32,000 bases of DNA, from contig NC_014614.1 of NCBI RefSeq assembly GCF_000196455.1, forward strand, positions 2,415,959 to 2,447,958, given 5' to 3'. Source of the stretch: Acetoanaerobium sticklandii (GTDB lineage Bacteria > Bacillota > Clostridia > Peptostreptococcales > Filifactoraceae). Below, piece by piece: positions 8,272-17,778 of the stretch. Both the position numbers and the translations under genes were made by a program. Position 1 is the first letter of the stretch. Each line of letters opens with the position of its first letter. The notes beneath the pieces are model-generated. The model worked only from the letters and a program-made list of their open reading frames with translations. It had not been told where the DNA came from and searched no databases.

Positions 8272-10206
8272 ATGATATCTATAGCAATGAATAATATAAA
8301 AAAGAGCTTTGGGGTCGATGTCATACTAGAGGATATCTCGTTTACAATAAATGAAGGCGAACGAGTGGCACTAGTAGGGTCAAACGGCACAGGAAAAACC
8401 ACCCTCTTTAAAATCATAACCAAGGAAGTAGATTATGACTTAGGAGATATTTTTTATGCAAAGGATTTGTCCATTGGATATCTCTCTCAGCATGTGGATA
8501 TAGAAAACGACAACACTTTAATAGAAGAAGTGCTTACGGTTTTTGAAGAGGTTATGCTTCTAGAAAAGGAAATCAGAGTGCTAGAGCACGACATAGCTGA
8601 AGCTGGTTCTTTAGAAGACCACGATAAGCTAGACAGACTTATGAAGCAGTACACAAAGAAAACCGATGAGTTTACAAAAATTAACGGCTATGCATATAAT
8701 TCAGAAGCAAAAGGCATACTTATCGGCTTAGGCTTTAAAGAAGAGGATTTAAGCAAAAAGGTAAGAATGCTTTCAGGAGGAGAAAAAACTAGAGTAATGC
8801 TAGGAAAGCTACTTCTAAAAAAGCCTGATATACTACTGCTTGATGAGCCAACAAACCACCTAGACACCGATTCTGTGCAGTGGCTAGAGGCTTTTCTACG
8901 TCAATATAGAGGAACTATCTTCGTGATATCCCATGACAGATATTTCCTAGACCAGCTTACAAATAGAACCTTTGAGCTTTTTAACAAGTCTATTCGAGTA
9001 TATAATGGCAACTATTCCTATTATGTTTCGCAAAGAGAAATCCAAGCTGAGCTAGATGAAAAAGCCTACGAAGAAAATCTAGCCGAGAGAAAACGCCAAC
9101 AAGAAGTAATAGACCAGCTAAAGGCTTTTGGAAGAGAAAAACAAGTAAAACGTGCTAGAAGTAGAGAAAAGCTTCTTGATAAAATGGATGTAGTAGAAAA
9201 GCCAAACTACATGAAAAAACGAGCTAAGATTACTTTTGAGCCTTCAGTTAAAAGCGGTAAGGATGTATTAAAAGCAAGAGGCTTAAGTAAGTCATACGGA
9301 GAAAGATGTCTATTTCAAAACGTGGATTTGGATATATACAGAGGAGAAAAAATTGCACTCATCGGAGCCAATGGAGCTGGAAAATCAACTTTATTTAATA
9401 TACTTCTTGGAGTAGACAAAAGCTTTGATGGAGATATAGATTTTGGAACCAATGTGTATCCAGTTTATTTTGACCAGGAAAGAGATGATTTACAGCCTGA
9501 TAAAACTGTGCTTGAAGAAGTGTGGTCTACCTATCCTAACTTTACAGAAACAAAAGTAAGAAATATGCTAGGAGCTTTCCTGTTTACAGGAGACGAGGTA
9601 TACAAGCTAATAGGAACCTTGAGCGGAGGCGAAAAAGCTAGGATTTCGCTGCTTAAGCTCATGCTTTCAGATTCAAACTTTTTATTTCTAGACGAGCCTA
9701 CAAACCATCTTGATATAGAATCTAAAGAAGTTCTTGAGGATGCTATCACTAACTATGAAGGAACTGTGTTTGTAATCTCCCACGATAGATATTTTTTAAA
9801 TAAGGTACCTGATCAAATCCTAGTATTAGAAGACCAGAGCGTAAAAAGCTATCTAGGCAACTACGATTACTATATCGAAAAACGTGCAGCTGAAAAAGCT
9901 GCTCTAGAATTTGCTAATCAAAGCGAGGATACTACTACCAAAACTCAGCTTAAAATCCAGCGCAAGAAGGATAAGGAAAAAGAAAAAGAAGAGAAAAAAC
10001 TAAAAAAACAAATCACAGAAACTGAAGAAGCTATTCATAATACTGAGCTAGAAATCGAAAATCTAAATGAACTGCTTTGCCTTGAGGAAATATATTCAAA
10101 TCCAGAAAAAGTCAAAGAAGTGACAGAGCAAAAATCAGACAAAGAAAAAATCCTGCATGAGCTTATGAGCACTTGGGAAATGCTACTCGAAGCCCAGCAG
10201 GATTAA
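8272..10206 (+). CDS. ABC-F family ATPase (YdiF/Uup-type, translation-associated), 644 aa
   Basis: Two ABC cassettes: Walker A GSNGTGKTT / GANGAGKST, signature LSGGEK twice, Walker B LLLDEPTNHLD / LFLDEPTNHLD. No TM domain. Charged inter-domain linker and K/E-rich C-terminal coiled coil. The N-terminus MISIAMNNIKKSFG fits the family start. Confidence 0.92.
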   Translation: MISIAMNNIKKSFGVDVILEDISFTINEGERVALVGSNGTGKTTLFKIITKEVDYDLGDIFYAKDLSIGYLSQHVDIENDNTLIEEVLTVFEEVMLLEKEIRVLEHDIAEAGSLEDHDKLDRLMKQYTKKTDEFTKINGYAYNSEAKGILIGLGFKEEDLSKKVRMLSGGEKTRVMLGKLLLKKPDILLLDEPTNHLDTDSVQWLEAFLRQYRGTIFVISHDRYFLDQLTNRTFELFNKSIRVYNGNYSYYVSQREIQAELDEKAYEENLAERKRQQEVIDQLKAFGREKQVKRARSREKLLDKMDVVEKPNYMKKRAKITFEPSVKSGKDVLKARGLSKSYGERCLFQNVDLDIYRGEKIALIGANGAGKSTLFNILLGVDKSFDGDIDFGTNVYPVYFDQERDDLQPDKTVLEEVWSTYPNFTETKVRNMLGAFLFTGDEVYKLIGTLSGGEKARISLLKLMLSDSNFLFLDEPTNHLDIESKEVLEDAITNYEGTVFVISHDRYFLNKVPDQILVLEDQSVKSYLGNYDYYIEKRAAEKAALEFANQSEDTTTKTQLKIQRKKDKEKEKEEKKLKKQITETEEAIHNTELEIENLNELLCLEEIYSNPEKVKEVTEQKSDKEKILHELMSTWEMLLEAQQD

Positions 10207-10210
10207 ATAT

Positions 10211-11230
10211 CTATTTGTCGCCTAGCCTAAGTCCTGGCTTTGCGTTTAAATCTAGAGAAGAAGTATAACCATTAACATATTCATAATATCCTGCACTGCC
10301 TATCATAGCAGCATTGTCAGTGCAAAGCATAAGAGGTGGATAATAAAAATCTATCTCTTCTTTTTTGCACATAGTTTCTAACCTCTCTCTTAGAGCGCTG
10401 TTTGCAGACACTCCTCCAGCTATGGCAGCTTGCTTTAGCCCATGCTCCTTACAAGCACGAATGAGCTTTGCTGATAGCACTTCTATTACAGCTTCTTGAA
10501 AGGATGCCGCAACATCAGCTTCATTTATAGGCTCAGCTTTCATTTTCATACCATTTAGATAATTTAGCACTGCTGACTTTAATCCAGAAAAACTAAAATC
10601 ATAGGAGCCTTCCTCTAGGTAGGTACGTGGAAAGCTAATAGCATGAGGATTTCCTTCTTTTGCAAGCTTGTCTATTAATGGTCCTCCAGGGTAGCCTAGC
10701 CCTATTGCCCTTGCTACCTTATCATAGGCCTCTCCAGCCGCATCATCTCTTGTCCTTCCAAGTATTTCATATTTGCCATAATCAGCGACCTTTACAAGAT
10801 GAGTATGTCCCCCAGATACCACAAGGCAAATAAATGGTGGCTCTAGCTTTTCATGAGCGATGTAATTGGCCGCTATATGCCCCTCTATATGATGGACTCC
10901 TACCAGTGGGATGTCTAAGGCATAGGCTAGAGCCTTTGCACTTGCTAGACCCACTAAAAGTGCTCCCACAAGCCCTGGTCCATAGGTTACACTTATGATA
11001 TCCAAATCTCTAAAGCTAACCCCTGCAGTATCAAGAGCTTCCTTTATCACTGGATTTATATCTTGAACATGGTTACGAGAAGCAACCTCAGGTACTACGC
11101 CCCCAAATTTTTTGTGTATATCAATTTGACTCATTATAATATTTGATTTTACTTCTCTGCCATTTTTAAGCACAGCAGCTGAGGTTTCATCACAGCTAGT
11201 CTCTATAGCAAGACTCAGTATATCCTTCAT
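10211..11230 (-). CDS. tsaD: tRNA N6-adenosine threonylcarbamoyltransferase TsaD
   Basis: [20 protein letters not shown] metal motif, [17 protein letters not shown]. Last gene of the tsaE-tsaB-rimI-tsaD array. Confidence 0.95.
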   Translation of the reverse strand: MKDILSLAIETSCDETSAAVLKNGREVKSNIIMSQIDIHKKFGGVVPEVASRNHVQDINPVIKEALDTAGVSFRDLDIISVTYGPGLVGALLVGLASAKALAYALDIPLVGVHHIEGHIAANYIAHEKLEPPFICLVVSGGHTHLVKVADYGKYEILGRTRDDAAGEAYDKVARAIGLGYPGGPLIDKLAKEGNPHAISFPRTYLEEGSYDFSFSGLKSAVLNYLNGMKMKAEPINEADVAASFQEAVIEVLSAKLIRACKEHGLKQAAIAGGVSANSALRERLETMCKKEEIDFYYPPLMLCTDNAAMIGSAGYYEYVNGYTSSLDLNAKPGLRLGDK

Positions 11231-11692
11231 TTAACCTAACTCCTTCATAGACTTCCACATGATAATCGCATCTTCCTTGTTATCTTGATAGTATTCCTTA
11301 CGAATACCTGCTATCTTAAATCCGTATTTGGCATATAAATTCTTGGCAGTTTCATTAGATGCTCTGACTTCCAATGTCATCTCAGCTATATCTATTTCCC
11401 TAGCCTTTTCAATCAAAGCCTCTACTATCATATTTCCAAGTTTTTTTCCTCTATACTCAGGATGAACAGCAATATTCGTGATATGGGCTTCATCTAGCAC
11501 CTTCCAAAGTCCCCCAAAGGCAACTACCTTTGAAATTTCCTCGTCTACTATTACTTTGTAATATGCCAGATTATTTTTTAGCTCATCTACAAAAGCCTTT
11601 TTGCTCCAAGTATCTGTAAACGATAAAGTTTCGACTTCATAAACTCCATCTACATTATCCTTATTCATATCGTAAATCTTAAAATCACCCAT
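11231..11692 (-). CDS. rimI: Ribosomal-protein-alanine N-acetyltransferase RimI (GNAT)
   Basis: GNAT core ITNIAVHPEYRGKKLGNMIV...LEVRASNETAKNLYAKYGF. Canonical position between tsaB and tsaD. RBS AAGAGGT. Confidence 0.88.
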   Translation of the reverse strand: MGDFKIYDMNKDNVDGVYEVETLSFTDTWSKKAFVDELKNNLAYYKVIVDEEISKVVAFGGLWKVLDEAHITNIAVHPEYRGKKLGNMIVEALIEKAREIDIAEMTLEVRASNETAKNLYAKYGFKIAGIRKEYYQDNKEDAIIMWKSMKELG

Positions 11693-12377
11693 TGTTTACC
11701 TCTTTGCTCATACGCTCTTCAAATTGAATCTCTGCTTGAGATTTTCTTAGGTAGACAGGAACTGCAAAACCAGTCTTTCCAAGTAAATAGTCCCTCTGTG
11801 CTAGCTCACATACGCTAGATGCTCTTACATACCTTACTGCTCTTTTTGCTTTTTTTACATTGAGTGGTAGCTCTTCATTTATAAAAACAGCATCTCCTAG
11901 TAGTAGCACTTTATCATAGGATTCCAGCTTTTTAATTAGATCTTCCTTTTCAAGTACATCTTCAGCTTCTAAAGCCTTAAGCTCTGAATTTTCAAATCTA
12001 TATGCATTAAAATAGAACCTATCTCTTTGAGCATCGAAAGTCGATACTATTGTGTAAGCTGTCTCTCCTGCTGTATATGCCATAGACTCTAGACTAGATA
12101 TCCCAACTACTGGAATATCTAGAGCCATAGCCATAGCATTTGCCGCGGCTACACCTATTCTAATTCCTGTAAATGAGCCAGGCCCCACGCTTACCCCTAT
12201 AAGGTCTATGTCTGACATCTTAAGCTCTAAATGAGAAAGCAAGCTGTCTAAAAGCGGCATCATCTGCTCAGAATGAGTCAGCTTGTGATTTAAAGTAAAC
12301 TCACCCTTTAATAAATCATCGTCCATCACCGCAACAGATAAGGACGATGATGAAGTATCTATTCCTAATATCTTCAC
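11685..12377 (-). CDS. tsaB: tRNA threonylcarbamoyladenosine biosynthesis protein TsaB
   Basis: (GTG)KILGIDTSS... GVSVGPGSFTGIRIGV motif. GTG start overlaps the tsaE stop (GTGA). There is an 8-nt overlap with rimI. Confidence 0.9.
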   Translation of the reverse strand: MKILGIDTSSSSLSVAVMDDDLLKGEFTLNHKLTHSEQMMPLLDSLLSHLELKMSDIDLIGVSVGPGSFTGIRIGVAAANAMAMALDIPVVGISSLESMAYTAGETAYTIVSTFDAQRDRFYFNAYRFENSELKALEAEDVLEKEDLIKKLESYDKVLLLGDAVFINEELPLNVKKAKRAVRYVRASSVCELAQRDYLLGKTGFAVPVYLRKSQAEIQFEERMSKEVNNG

Positions 12378-12826
12378 TCCTCAATCAGCTCCTTTACTAA
12401 ATCCTCATACCTTGCTCCATGAGGTGTAAGTCTCATGTTTCTGCCCTCTTTTTCCGTATATAGAAGCTCTATATCTAGCCTTTCCTTTGGAAGAATGCTC
12501 TCAATTAAATTTGCCCATTCTATGATGCAGACTCCTCCTCTAGCTAGATATTCATCAAAGCCTATGTAATACATTTCCTCTTCATCAGCTATTCTGTACA
12601 CATCAAAATGAAATAGTGGAAGCTTTCCTTCATATTCCTGAACTATAGTAAAGGTAGGACTGGTTATATAGTCTTCTATCCCCATTCCTCTCGCTATAGA
12701 TTGAGTCATCATAGTCTTTCCAGCGCCCAAATCTCCAGTTAAAGCTAAAACATCATTGGGCTTTAGAAGCTTTCCTATCTTTTCACCTATATATTTAGTC
12801 ATTTGCTCATCTATTAAATAAATCAT
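12374..12826 (-). CDS. tsaE: tRNA t6A ATPase TsaE
   Basis: P-loop GDLGAGKTMMTQ, SPTFTIVQEY, HFDVYR motifs. 150 aa. Confidence 0.92.
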   Translation of the reverse strand: MIYLIDEQMTKYIGEKIGKLLKPNDVLALTGDLGAGKTMMTQSIARGMGIEDYITSPTFTIVQEYEGKLPLFHFDVYRIADEEEMYYIGFDEYLARGGVCIIEWANLIESILPKERLDIELLYTEKEGRNMRLTPHGARYEDLVKELIEE

Positions 12827-12875
12827 ATCTTCTCCTAGTTTTCAAAAATCAAACATATTAAACCTTAACCTTAGT

Positions 12876-12884
12876 ATTATAACA
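12876..12884 (-). promoter_or_regulatory. Candidate extended -10 promoter (TGtTATAAT) of the tsaE operon
   Basis: The minus strand reads TGTTATAAT about 50 nt upstream of the tsaE ATG. The -35 is weak. Confidence 0.35.
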
Positions 12885-12985
12885 AAAATAGGCAAAAAAT
12901 AACATCCACTCTCTTTATAATTAATTTTAGTAAGCCAGAATATACTTAAAACCTAGTTTTTATAACCAATTTTTTACACAATAAA

Positions 12986-13041
12986 AGCTCTTCTTAATTT
13001 AGACTATGGAGAGTAGATAACTAGTCTTAATAAAAAGAGCT
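12986..13041 (-). terminator. Possible terminator hairpin downstream of the riboflavin transporter
   Basis: Long AT-rich imperfect hairpin of about 18 bp with one bulge and two mismatches: AGCTCTT..TAGACTA / TAGTCT..AAGAGCT. On the minus strand it is followed by TTTATTGTGT. Confidence 0.3.
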
Positions 13042-13146
13042 GTTGGTGCAAATATAAAGTTTAAAAATAATAACCTTGTCTATAGTTTAATCAACTACTA
13101 AATCTATTGATTCTGTGATTAATAGCTTTATTAATCCAGTAGCTGC

Positions 13147-13752
13147 TTATCTTTTCTTTAAAATCGGCGTAACCTTTTTATAAAGTAAGGCAGTAACAAC
13201 TGATATTACTATACCTTTGAAGATATTAAACGGAATTACTCCGTAAAGCACTAGAGTTAATTTATCGTGGATTGCTGAGTTTACAACTGTTCCTAGGTTG
13301 ATAATAACATCTATCGGCATGATATTTGAGTAAAAAGGAATGATTAGGAAATAGTTTGAAAGTGCTCCCACCATAGCCATAACTATAGTTCCTGCTATAC
13401 TTCCGATTATTGCACCTTTTTTACTTCTCATAGCATGGTATATACTGCTTGAAACTAATACAAATGAGCCTCCAACTATAAAGTTAGATATCTCTCCTAC
13501 TCCGCCTGTGCTGTTATCAAACATAAAGTGTAGAATGTTTTTAATCAGCTGAATCATTATTCCTGCTACTGGACCTAGAGCAAATCCACCAATAACTGAT
13601 GGGATATCTGCAAAATCAATCTTTAAAAAAGCTGGAAATATAGGTAGTGGTAGATTCATAAACATTAGTATAAAAGACATTACTCCAAGTATAGAAATCT
13701 TTACCATGTTAGATGTACTGATAGCTTGCTTTTTTGTTACTGCTTTTTCCAT
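13147..13752 (-). CDS. ribU: Riboflavin transporter, ECF S-component RibU/YpaA family (201 aa)
   Basis: Multi-TM protein with the RibU-like block LPLPIFPAFLKIDFADIPSVIGGFALGPVAG. I place the start at the Met preceded by AGGAGG (AGGAGGaattataATG), not at the tracked upstream Met at 13830. An FMN riboswitch lies immediately upstream. Confidence 0.85.
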   Translation of the reverse strand: MEKAVTKKQAISTSNMVKISILGVMSFILMFMNLPLPIFPAFLKIDFADIPSVIGGFALGPVAGIMIQLIKNILHFMFDNSTGGVGEISNFIVGGSFVLVSSSIYHAMRSKKGAIIGSIAGTIVMAMVGALSNYFLIIPFYSNIMPIDVIINLGTVVNSAIHDKLTLVLYGVIPFNIFKGIVISVVTALLYKKVTPILKKR

Positions 13753-13863
13753 TATAATTCCTCCTAAAAAATATAAGTAAGATATAATTAAGAAGATAAG
13801 TCTCTGCCTATACGCAACCACATATTGCAAATAATGTCAGAAACCCTTTTACTATTTAAAATT

Positions 13864-13897
13864 AAAAAAGCCTGGAAATAAAATTATCTCCAGGCTT
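13864..13897 (-). terminator. Attenuator terminator (expression platform) of the FMN riboswitch
   Basis: The minus strand reads AAGCCTGGA-gataattttatt-TCCAGGCTT followed by TTTTTT. It lies directly 3' of the aptamer and about 110 nt 5' of the ribU ATG. Confidence 0.8.
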
Positions 13898-14032
13898 ACT
13901 AATAGCGTAATAAATAGCTTATCTTCTCCCATCCAGACTTTACTGTCGGTCTTGGAATCTCACCAAGTCAACTGCCTATGCAGCTCGCGGACTTTACCGC
14001 CGGTCGGGAATTTCACCCTGCCCTGAAGAAAT
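13898..14032 (-). promoter_or_regulatory. FMN riboswitch (RFN element) aptamer
   Basis: The minus strand reads CTTCAGGGCAGGGTGAAATTCCCGACCGGCGGTAAAGTCCGCGAGC...GGTGAGATTCCAAGACCGACAGTAAAGTCTGGATGGGAGAAG. This matches the conserved RFN core almost position for position. Confidence 0.93.
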
Positions 14033-14050
14033 ATTAAGTTGTATATTTAT

Positions 14051-14079
14051 AGTATACCTATTTGCTCTATAATTGTCAA
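14051..14079 (-). promoter_or_regulatory. Sigma-A-type promoter driving the FMN riboswitch/ribU (TTGACA-17-TATACT)
   Basis: The minus strand reads TTGACA (14079-14074), a 17-nt spacer, then TATACT (14056-14051). This is about 20 nt upstream of the aptamer and only about 30 nt below the tex stop. Confidence 0.6.
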
Positions 14080-14107
14080 TGATAATCATTAGTCAAACTT
14101 AATCTTA

Positions 14108-16261
14108 TTAAGCTTTTTTCATGGAAAGTGATACCTTGCCTCTTTGTCTATCTATATCAATTACTCTGACCTCAACTACATCTCCTACAGACACAACCTC
14201 CATAGGATTTTTCACATATTTGTCAGATAGCTGGGATATGTGAACTAGACCATCGTTTTTGATACCGATATCCACAAAGGCTCCAAAATCTACTACATTA
14301 CGAACTGTACCTTGAAGTATCATTCCTATTTCTAAATCCTCTAGCTTTAAAATATCAGATCTAAGTATAGGCGCCATTGCTCCCTCATCTCTGATATCAC
14401 GCCCAGGCTTAGAAAGCTCTTTTACTATATCTCTAAGTGTAGGAAGTCCTATTTCCAGCTCCTGCGCTATATCTCTTAGGCTTAGCTCTTCTACTTTTGA
14501 AGTAAACTCAGTTTTTTCTGGATACTGAGCATCCTCTTTAGATATGCCCATCTTTTCAAGTAAGGCATAAGCCGCCTTGTAAGATTCTGGATGCACTCCA
14601 GTTCTATCTAGAACCTCGCCAGATTCCTTTACTCTTAAAAAGCCTGCACACTGCTCGTATGCAGCAGGGCCTAATCTTGCAACCTTAAGCAATTGCTTTC
14701 TAGTAGAAAACTTTCCATTTTCATCCCTGTATTTTATGATATTTTTAGCTATCGTTTTATTTATACCAGCTACATATGAAAGAATAGCATAAGATGCTGT
14801 GTTCAAATCTACGCCTACACGGTTTACACTGTCCTCTACTATTCCAGTAAGCACTTCTGAAAGTCTCTTTTGATTTACATCGTGCTGATACTGGCCTACG
14901 CCTATATGCTCTGGGTCTATTTTTACTAGCTCTGATAGAGGGTCTTGCAATCTTCTTGCTATAGATACAGCTCCACGAATTGATACGTTAAGCTCTGGAA
15001 GCTCTTCCTCTCCTAGTGCAGATGCTGAGTAAACTGATGCTCCAGCTTCACTTACTATTATAAAGCTTACTTTTCTTGAGCTTTCTTTTACTATATCAGC
15101 AACTATAGCTTCAGATTCCCTAGATGCTGTTCCATTACCTATCGCAATTATATCTATATTGTGTTTATCAATTAACTTAAGTATTTCTTTCTTAGTTTCC
15201 GCTACTTTATTTTGTGGCACTGTAGGATACACTGTTGTGGTATCTAGAACCTTCCCTGTCTCATCAACTACAGCTATCTTACAGCCAGTACGGTAAGCCG
15301 GATCCCAGCCAAGTACAGTTTTTCCATAAAGTGGAGACTGCATAAGAAGGTTTCTAAGATTCTCGCCAAAAACAGCAATAGCTCTCTCTTCTGCCATCTC
15401 TGTTATGCTAGTTCTTAGCTCTCTTTCTAGAGAGGGAAGCATCAATCTATTTAAGCTATCCTTTATAGTATCTGCCATGACAGCTTTATGGATATCAGAT
15501 TTTATGTAAGCTCTTTCTGATACCTCAGTTATCTTTTCTAGAGGATAGTTTAACTTAACTTTTAAGATATCTTCTTTTTCACCACGGTTCACTGCAAGTA
15601 CTCTGTGGGCTGGCATCTTACTGCATAGCTCAGAGTATTCATGATACATTTTGTATACTAGGAAGTCTTCTTTTTCTTCACTTCCTTTTTTAGCAGATGC
15701 TTCAAGTACCGCTTCCTTAAATACTATAGCTCTAAGCTTCTTTTTTAGCTCAAAATCGTCAGCAATAGTCTCAGCAACTATATCCATAGCTCCTGCTATT
15801 GCATCATCTATACTAGCTACACCTTTTTCTTCATCTAGGAAACTTTCTGCTTCTTTATATACATCCTTTTGTCCTAGAATCAAAATTTCACTAAGAGGCT
15901 CAAGACCTTTTTCCCTAGCAACAGTGGCTCTAGTTCTCTTTTTCTGCTTAAATGGTGCATAAATATCTTCGACTTCTTGAAGAGTAGTTGCTAACTCTAG
16001 AGATTTTTGTAGCTCTTCAGTTAGTTTCCCTTGCTCTTCGATTAGTCTTTCTACCTGCTCTTTACGCTCGGTGAGATTCTTTAGATATTTAAGTCTCTCA
16101 TCAAATTGTCTAAGAACAGTATCAGTCATTTCACCTGTTTGTTCTTTCCTATATCTGGCTATAAAAGGAATCGTCTTTCCTTCGTCTATAAGAGCAAGTG
16201 TGTTTTCTACCTGAAAAGGCTTAAGATTAAACTCTTGCTGCAATATTTTAACTATATCCAT
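14108..16261 (-). CDS. tex: Tex-like transcription accessory protein (YqgF/HhH/S1 domains), 717 aa
   Basis: N-terminal FIARYRKEQTG Tex motif. Central YqgF-like region (VLGWDPAYRTGCKIAVVD). HhH region. C-terminal S1 domain (GTVRNVVDFGAFVDIG...GLVHISQL). Confidence 0.93.
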   Translation of the reverse strand: MDIVKILQQEFNLKPFQVENTLALIDEGKTIPFIARYRKEQTGEMTDTVLRQFDERLKYLKNLTERKEQVERLIEEQGKLTEELQKSLELATTLQEVEDIYAPFKQKKRTRATVAREKGLEPLSEILILGQKDVYKEAESFLDEEKGVASIDDAIAGAMDIVAETIADDFELKKKLRAIVFKEAVLEASAKKGSEEKEDFLVYKMYHEYSELCSKMPAHRVLAVNRGEKEDILKVKLNYPLEKITEVSERAYIKSDIHKAVMADTIKDSLNRLMLPSLERELRTSITEMAEERAIAVFGENLRNLLMQSPLYGKTVLGWDPAYRTGCKIAVVDETGKVLDTTTVYPTVPQNKVAETKKEILKLIDKHNIDIIAIGNGTASRESEAIVADIVKESSRKVSFIIVSEAGASVYSASALGEEELPELNVSIRGAVSIARRLQDPLSELVKIDPEHIGVGQYQHDVNQKRLSEVLTGIVEDSVNRVGVDLNTASYAILSYVAGINKTIAKNIIKYRDENGKFSTRKQLLKVARLGPAAYEQCAGFLRVKESGEVLDRTGVHPESYKAAYALLEKMGISKEDAQYPEKTEFTSKVEELSLRDIAQELEIGLPTLRDIVKELSKPGRDIRDEGAMAPILRSDILKLEDLEIGMILQGTVRNVVDFGAFVDIGIKNDGLVHISQLSDKYVKNPMEVVSVGDVVEVRVIDIDRQRGKVSLSMKKA

Positions 16262-16306
16262 AACTGGCTCCTTTTGCGACAGATGCTAGATTTGCTCTTA
16301 AATTTT

Positions 16307-16795
16307 TTAGCCCTTTTCCCAATCCTTAGAATCTGAATAGACAGAAACATCGCTCTTTCCATAAGTCATACCCGTATATACAGAGGCTTTTTCAGATTTA
16401 GATTGGTTACTTTGCACTTTTTGTGATTCTAATTCCATTAGCTTTAGAGATAGCTCTCTCCAGCCATCTCTAAGAGGAATAATTATCTTTATAGCTTCAT
16501 CAATCGCAGCTATATTATACCTCATAACTCCGTCTGTCATCAACTTGTTGATATAAAGATAAAGCTGCTTTGTAGTAAGAGACACCTCATCTTCCTCTAT
16601 TCCAAGCGTTGCCGTAAGATGAGCTAGAATCTCTCTGTTATGGTCTACTTTTTCATTCAATATGTCTTTTTCTTTTAAATTTATAGCTTCTTTTGCATCC
16701 TGAAGATTTTCAATAAGTGCTTCATATGCCAAAGCAACCATTTGTTCGCCTGAATAGGTAGCTATTTTTACCGCCAGTTCATCTTTATATGACAT
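16307..16795 (-). CDS. fliS: Flagellar export chaperone FliS (162 aa, with ~35-aa C-terminal extension)
   Basis: Four-helix pattern alignable by eye to FliS (QMVALAYEALIENL..., NREILAHL, LYLYINKLM, PLRDGWRE ~ RDAW motif). Lies immediately downstream of flagellin. Confidence 0.72.
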   Translation of the reverse strand: MSYKDELAVKIATYSGEQMVALAYEALIENLQDAKEAINLKEKDILNEKVDHNREILAHLTATLGIEEDEVSLTTKQLYLYINKLMTDGVMRYNIAAIDEAIKIIIPLRDGWRELSLKLMELESQKVQSNQSKSEKASVYTGMTYGKSDVSVYSDSKDWEKG

Positions 16796-16848
16796 TAAAA
16801 CTTACCTCCAGTTTACTATCACATTTTAATATATCTTAAATTAATTCA

Positions 16849-17715
16849 TTAAGCATTAAGAAGCTTTAACATCATCTGTGGCTGCTGATTCGCTTGAGAA
16901 AGCATAGCCGTTCCCGCTTGCTGAAGTATATTGAACTTAGTAAACTCGGACATTTCAAGTGCCATATCAGTATCGAGAATTCTAGAACGAGCTCCAGTCA
17001 AGTTCTCAGCAGTGTTATCAAGGTTTGCAATAGTTTTTTCTAATCTGTTTTGGTATGCTCCAAGCTTAGAACGCTGATCAGATATTTTTGAAATTGCGGC
17101 CTCTAGCGTAATAATAGCATTATTAGCTGTAGTATTTGAATCAACTTGTATAAGCACTGTAGCTGCAGAAGTTCTTAAATTTAGTTCTTCAGCATTCATT
17201 TTATACAAATCTATAGCTACCATCTGATTGGCATTCGCTCCATTTTGAATTAATACTTGCATTCCTGTAAATGGCACAGCCGTTGATGTGATGCTTAGAT
17301 TTCCATTAAATAAATTAATACCGTTAAACTCAGTATTATTTCCAATTCTATCAATTTCCTGAATAAGCTGATCTATTTCATCTGCAATAGCATCTCTGTC
17401 TACATTTTGGTTTGTATCATTTGCAGCCTGTACTGCTAATTCTCTCATTCTTTGAAGCATAGCATGTACCTCATTAAGAGCGCCTTCAGCTGTTTGAATT
17501 AAAGAAATTCCATCTAAAGAGTTTCTAGATGCCATTTTAAGGCCTCTAATCTGAGCATTCATTTTTTCAGATATAGCAAGTCCAGCCGCATCATCAGAAG
17601 CTCTGTTAATCTTCGTTCCTGAAGAAAGCTTTTCAAGGTTTCTAGCAGAAGCCATACTGCTTCTCTCTAACATTCTATGTGAGTTAAGTGCTGCTATATT
17701 TGTATTTATTCTCAT
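16849..17715 (-). CDS. fliC: Flagellin (288 aa)
   Basis: MRINTNIAALNS..., LSSGTKINRASDDAAGLAISEKM, and C-terminal ILQQAGTAMLSQANQQPQ. Strong RBS AGGAGG. Confidence 0.96.
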   Translation of the reverse strand: MRINTNIAALNSHRMLERSSMASARNLEKLSSGTKINRASDDAAGLAISEKMNAQIRGLKMASRNSLDGISLIQTAEGALNEVHAMLQRMRELAVQAANDTNQNVDRDAIADEIDQLIQEIDRIGNNTEFNGINLFNGNLSITSTAVPFTGMQVLIQNGANANQMVAIDLYKMNAEELNLRTSAATVLIQVDSNTTANNAIITLEAAISKISDQRSKLGAYQNRLEKTIANLDNTAENLTGARSRILDTDMALEMSEFTKFNILQQAGTAMLSQANQQPQMMLKLLNA

Positions 17716-17751
17716 TTTAATTTTCCTCCTAAGTTTTAATCACTGGTTTAT

Positions 17752-17778
17752 CTATCGACATTTATAGTCTATTTCTTA
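17752..17778 (-). promoter_or_regulatory. Candidate sigma-D/sigma-28-type promoter of flagellin
   Basis: The minus strand reads TAAG-N15-GTCGATAG, against consensus TAAA-N15-GCCGATAT. It is about 37 nt upstream of the fliC ATG and overlaps the stop of the upstream gene. Confidence 0.35.

Noticed and set aside
10170-10260. Possible hairpin (CAGGA ... TCCTG, ~29-nt loop) as a shared terminator between ABC-F and tsaD.
   Set aside because: It has only ~5 contiguous base pairs and a very large loop, so it is not a credible intrinsic terminator.
13753-13830. 26-codon N-terminal extension of the riboflavin transporter ORF (MQYVVAYRQRLIF...).
   Set aside because: It has no RBS and lies in the riboswitch-to-gene leader. 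The downstream Met at 13752 has a perfect AGGAGG at optimal spacing.
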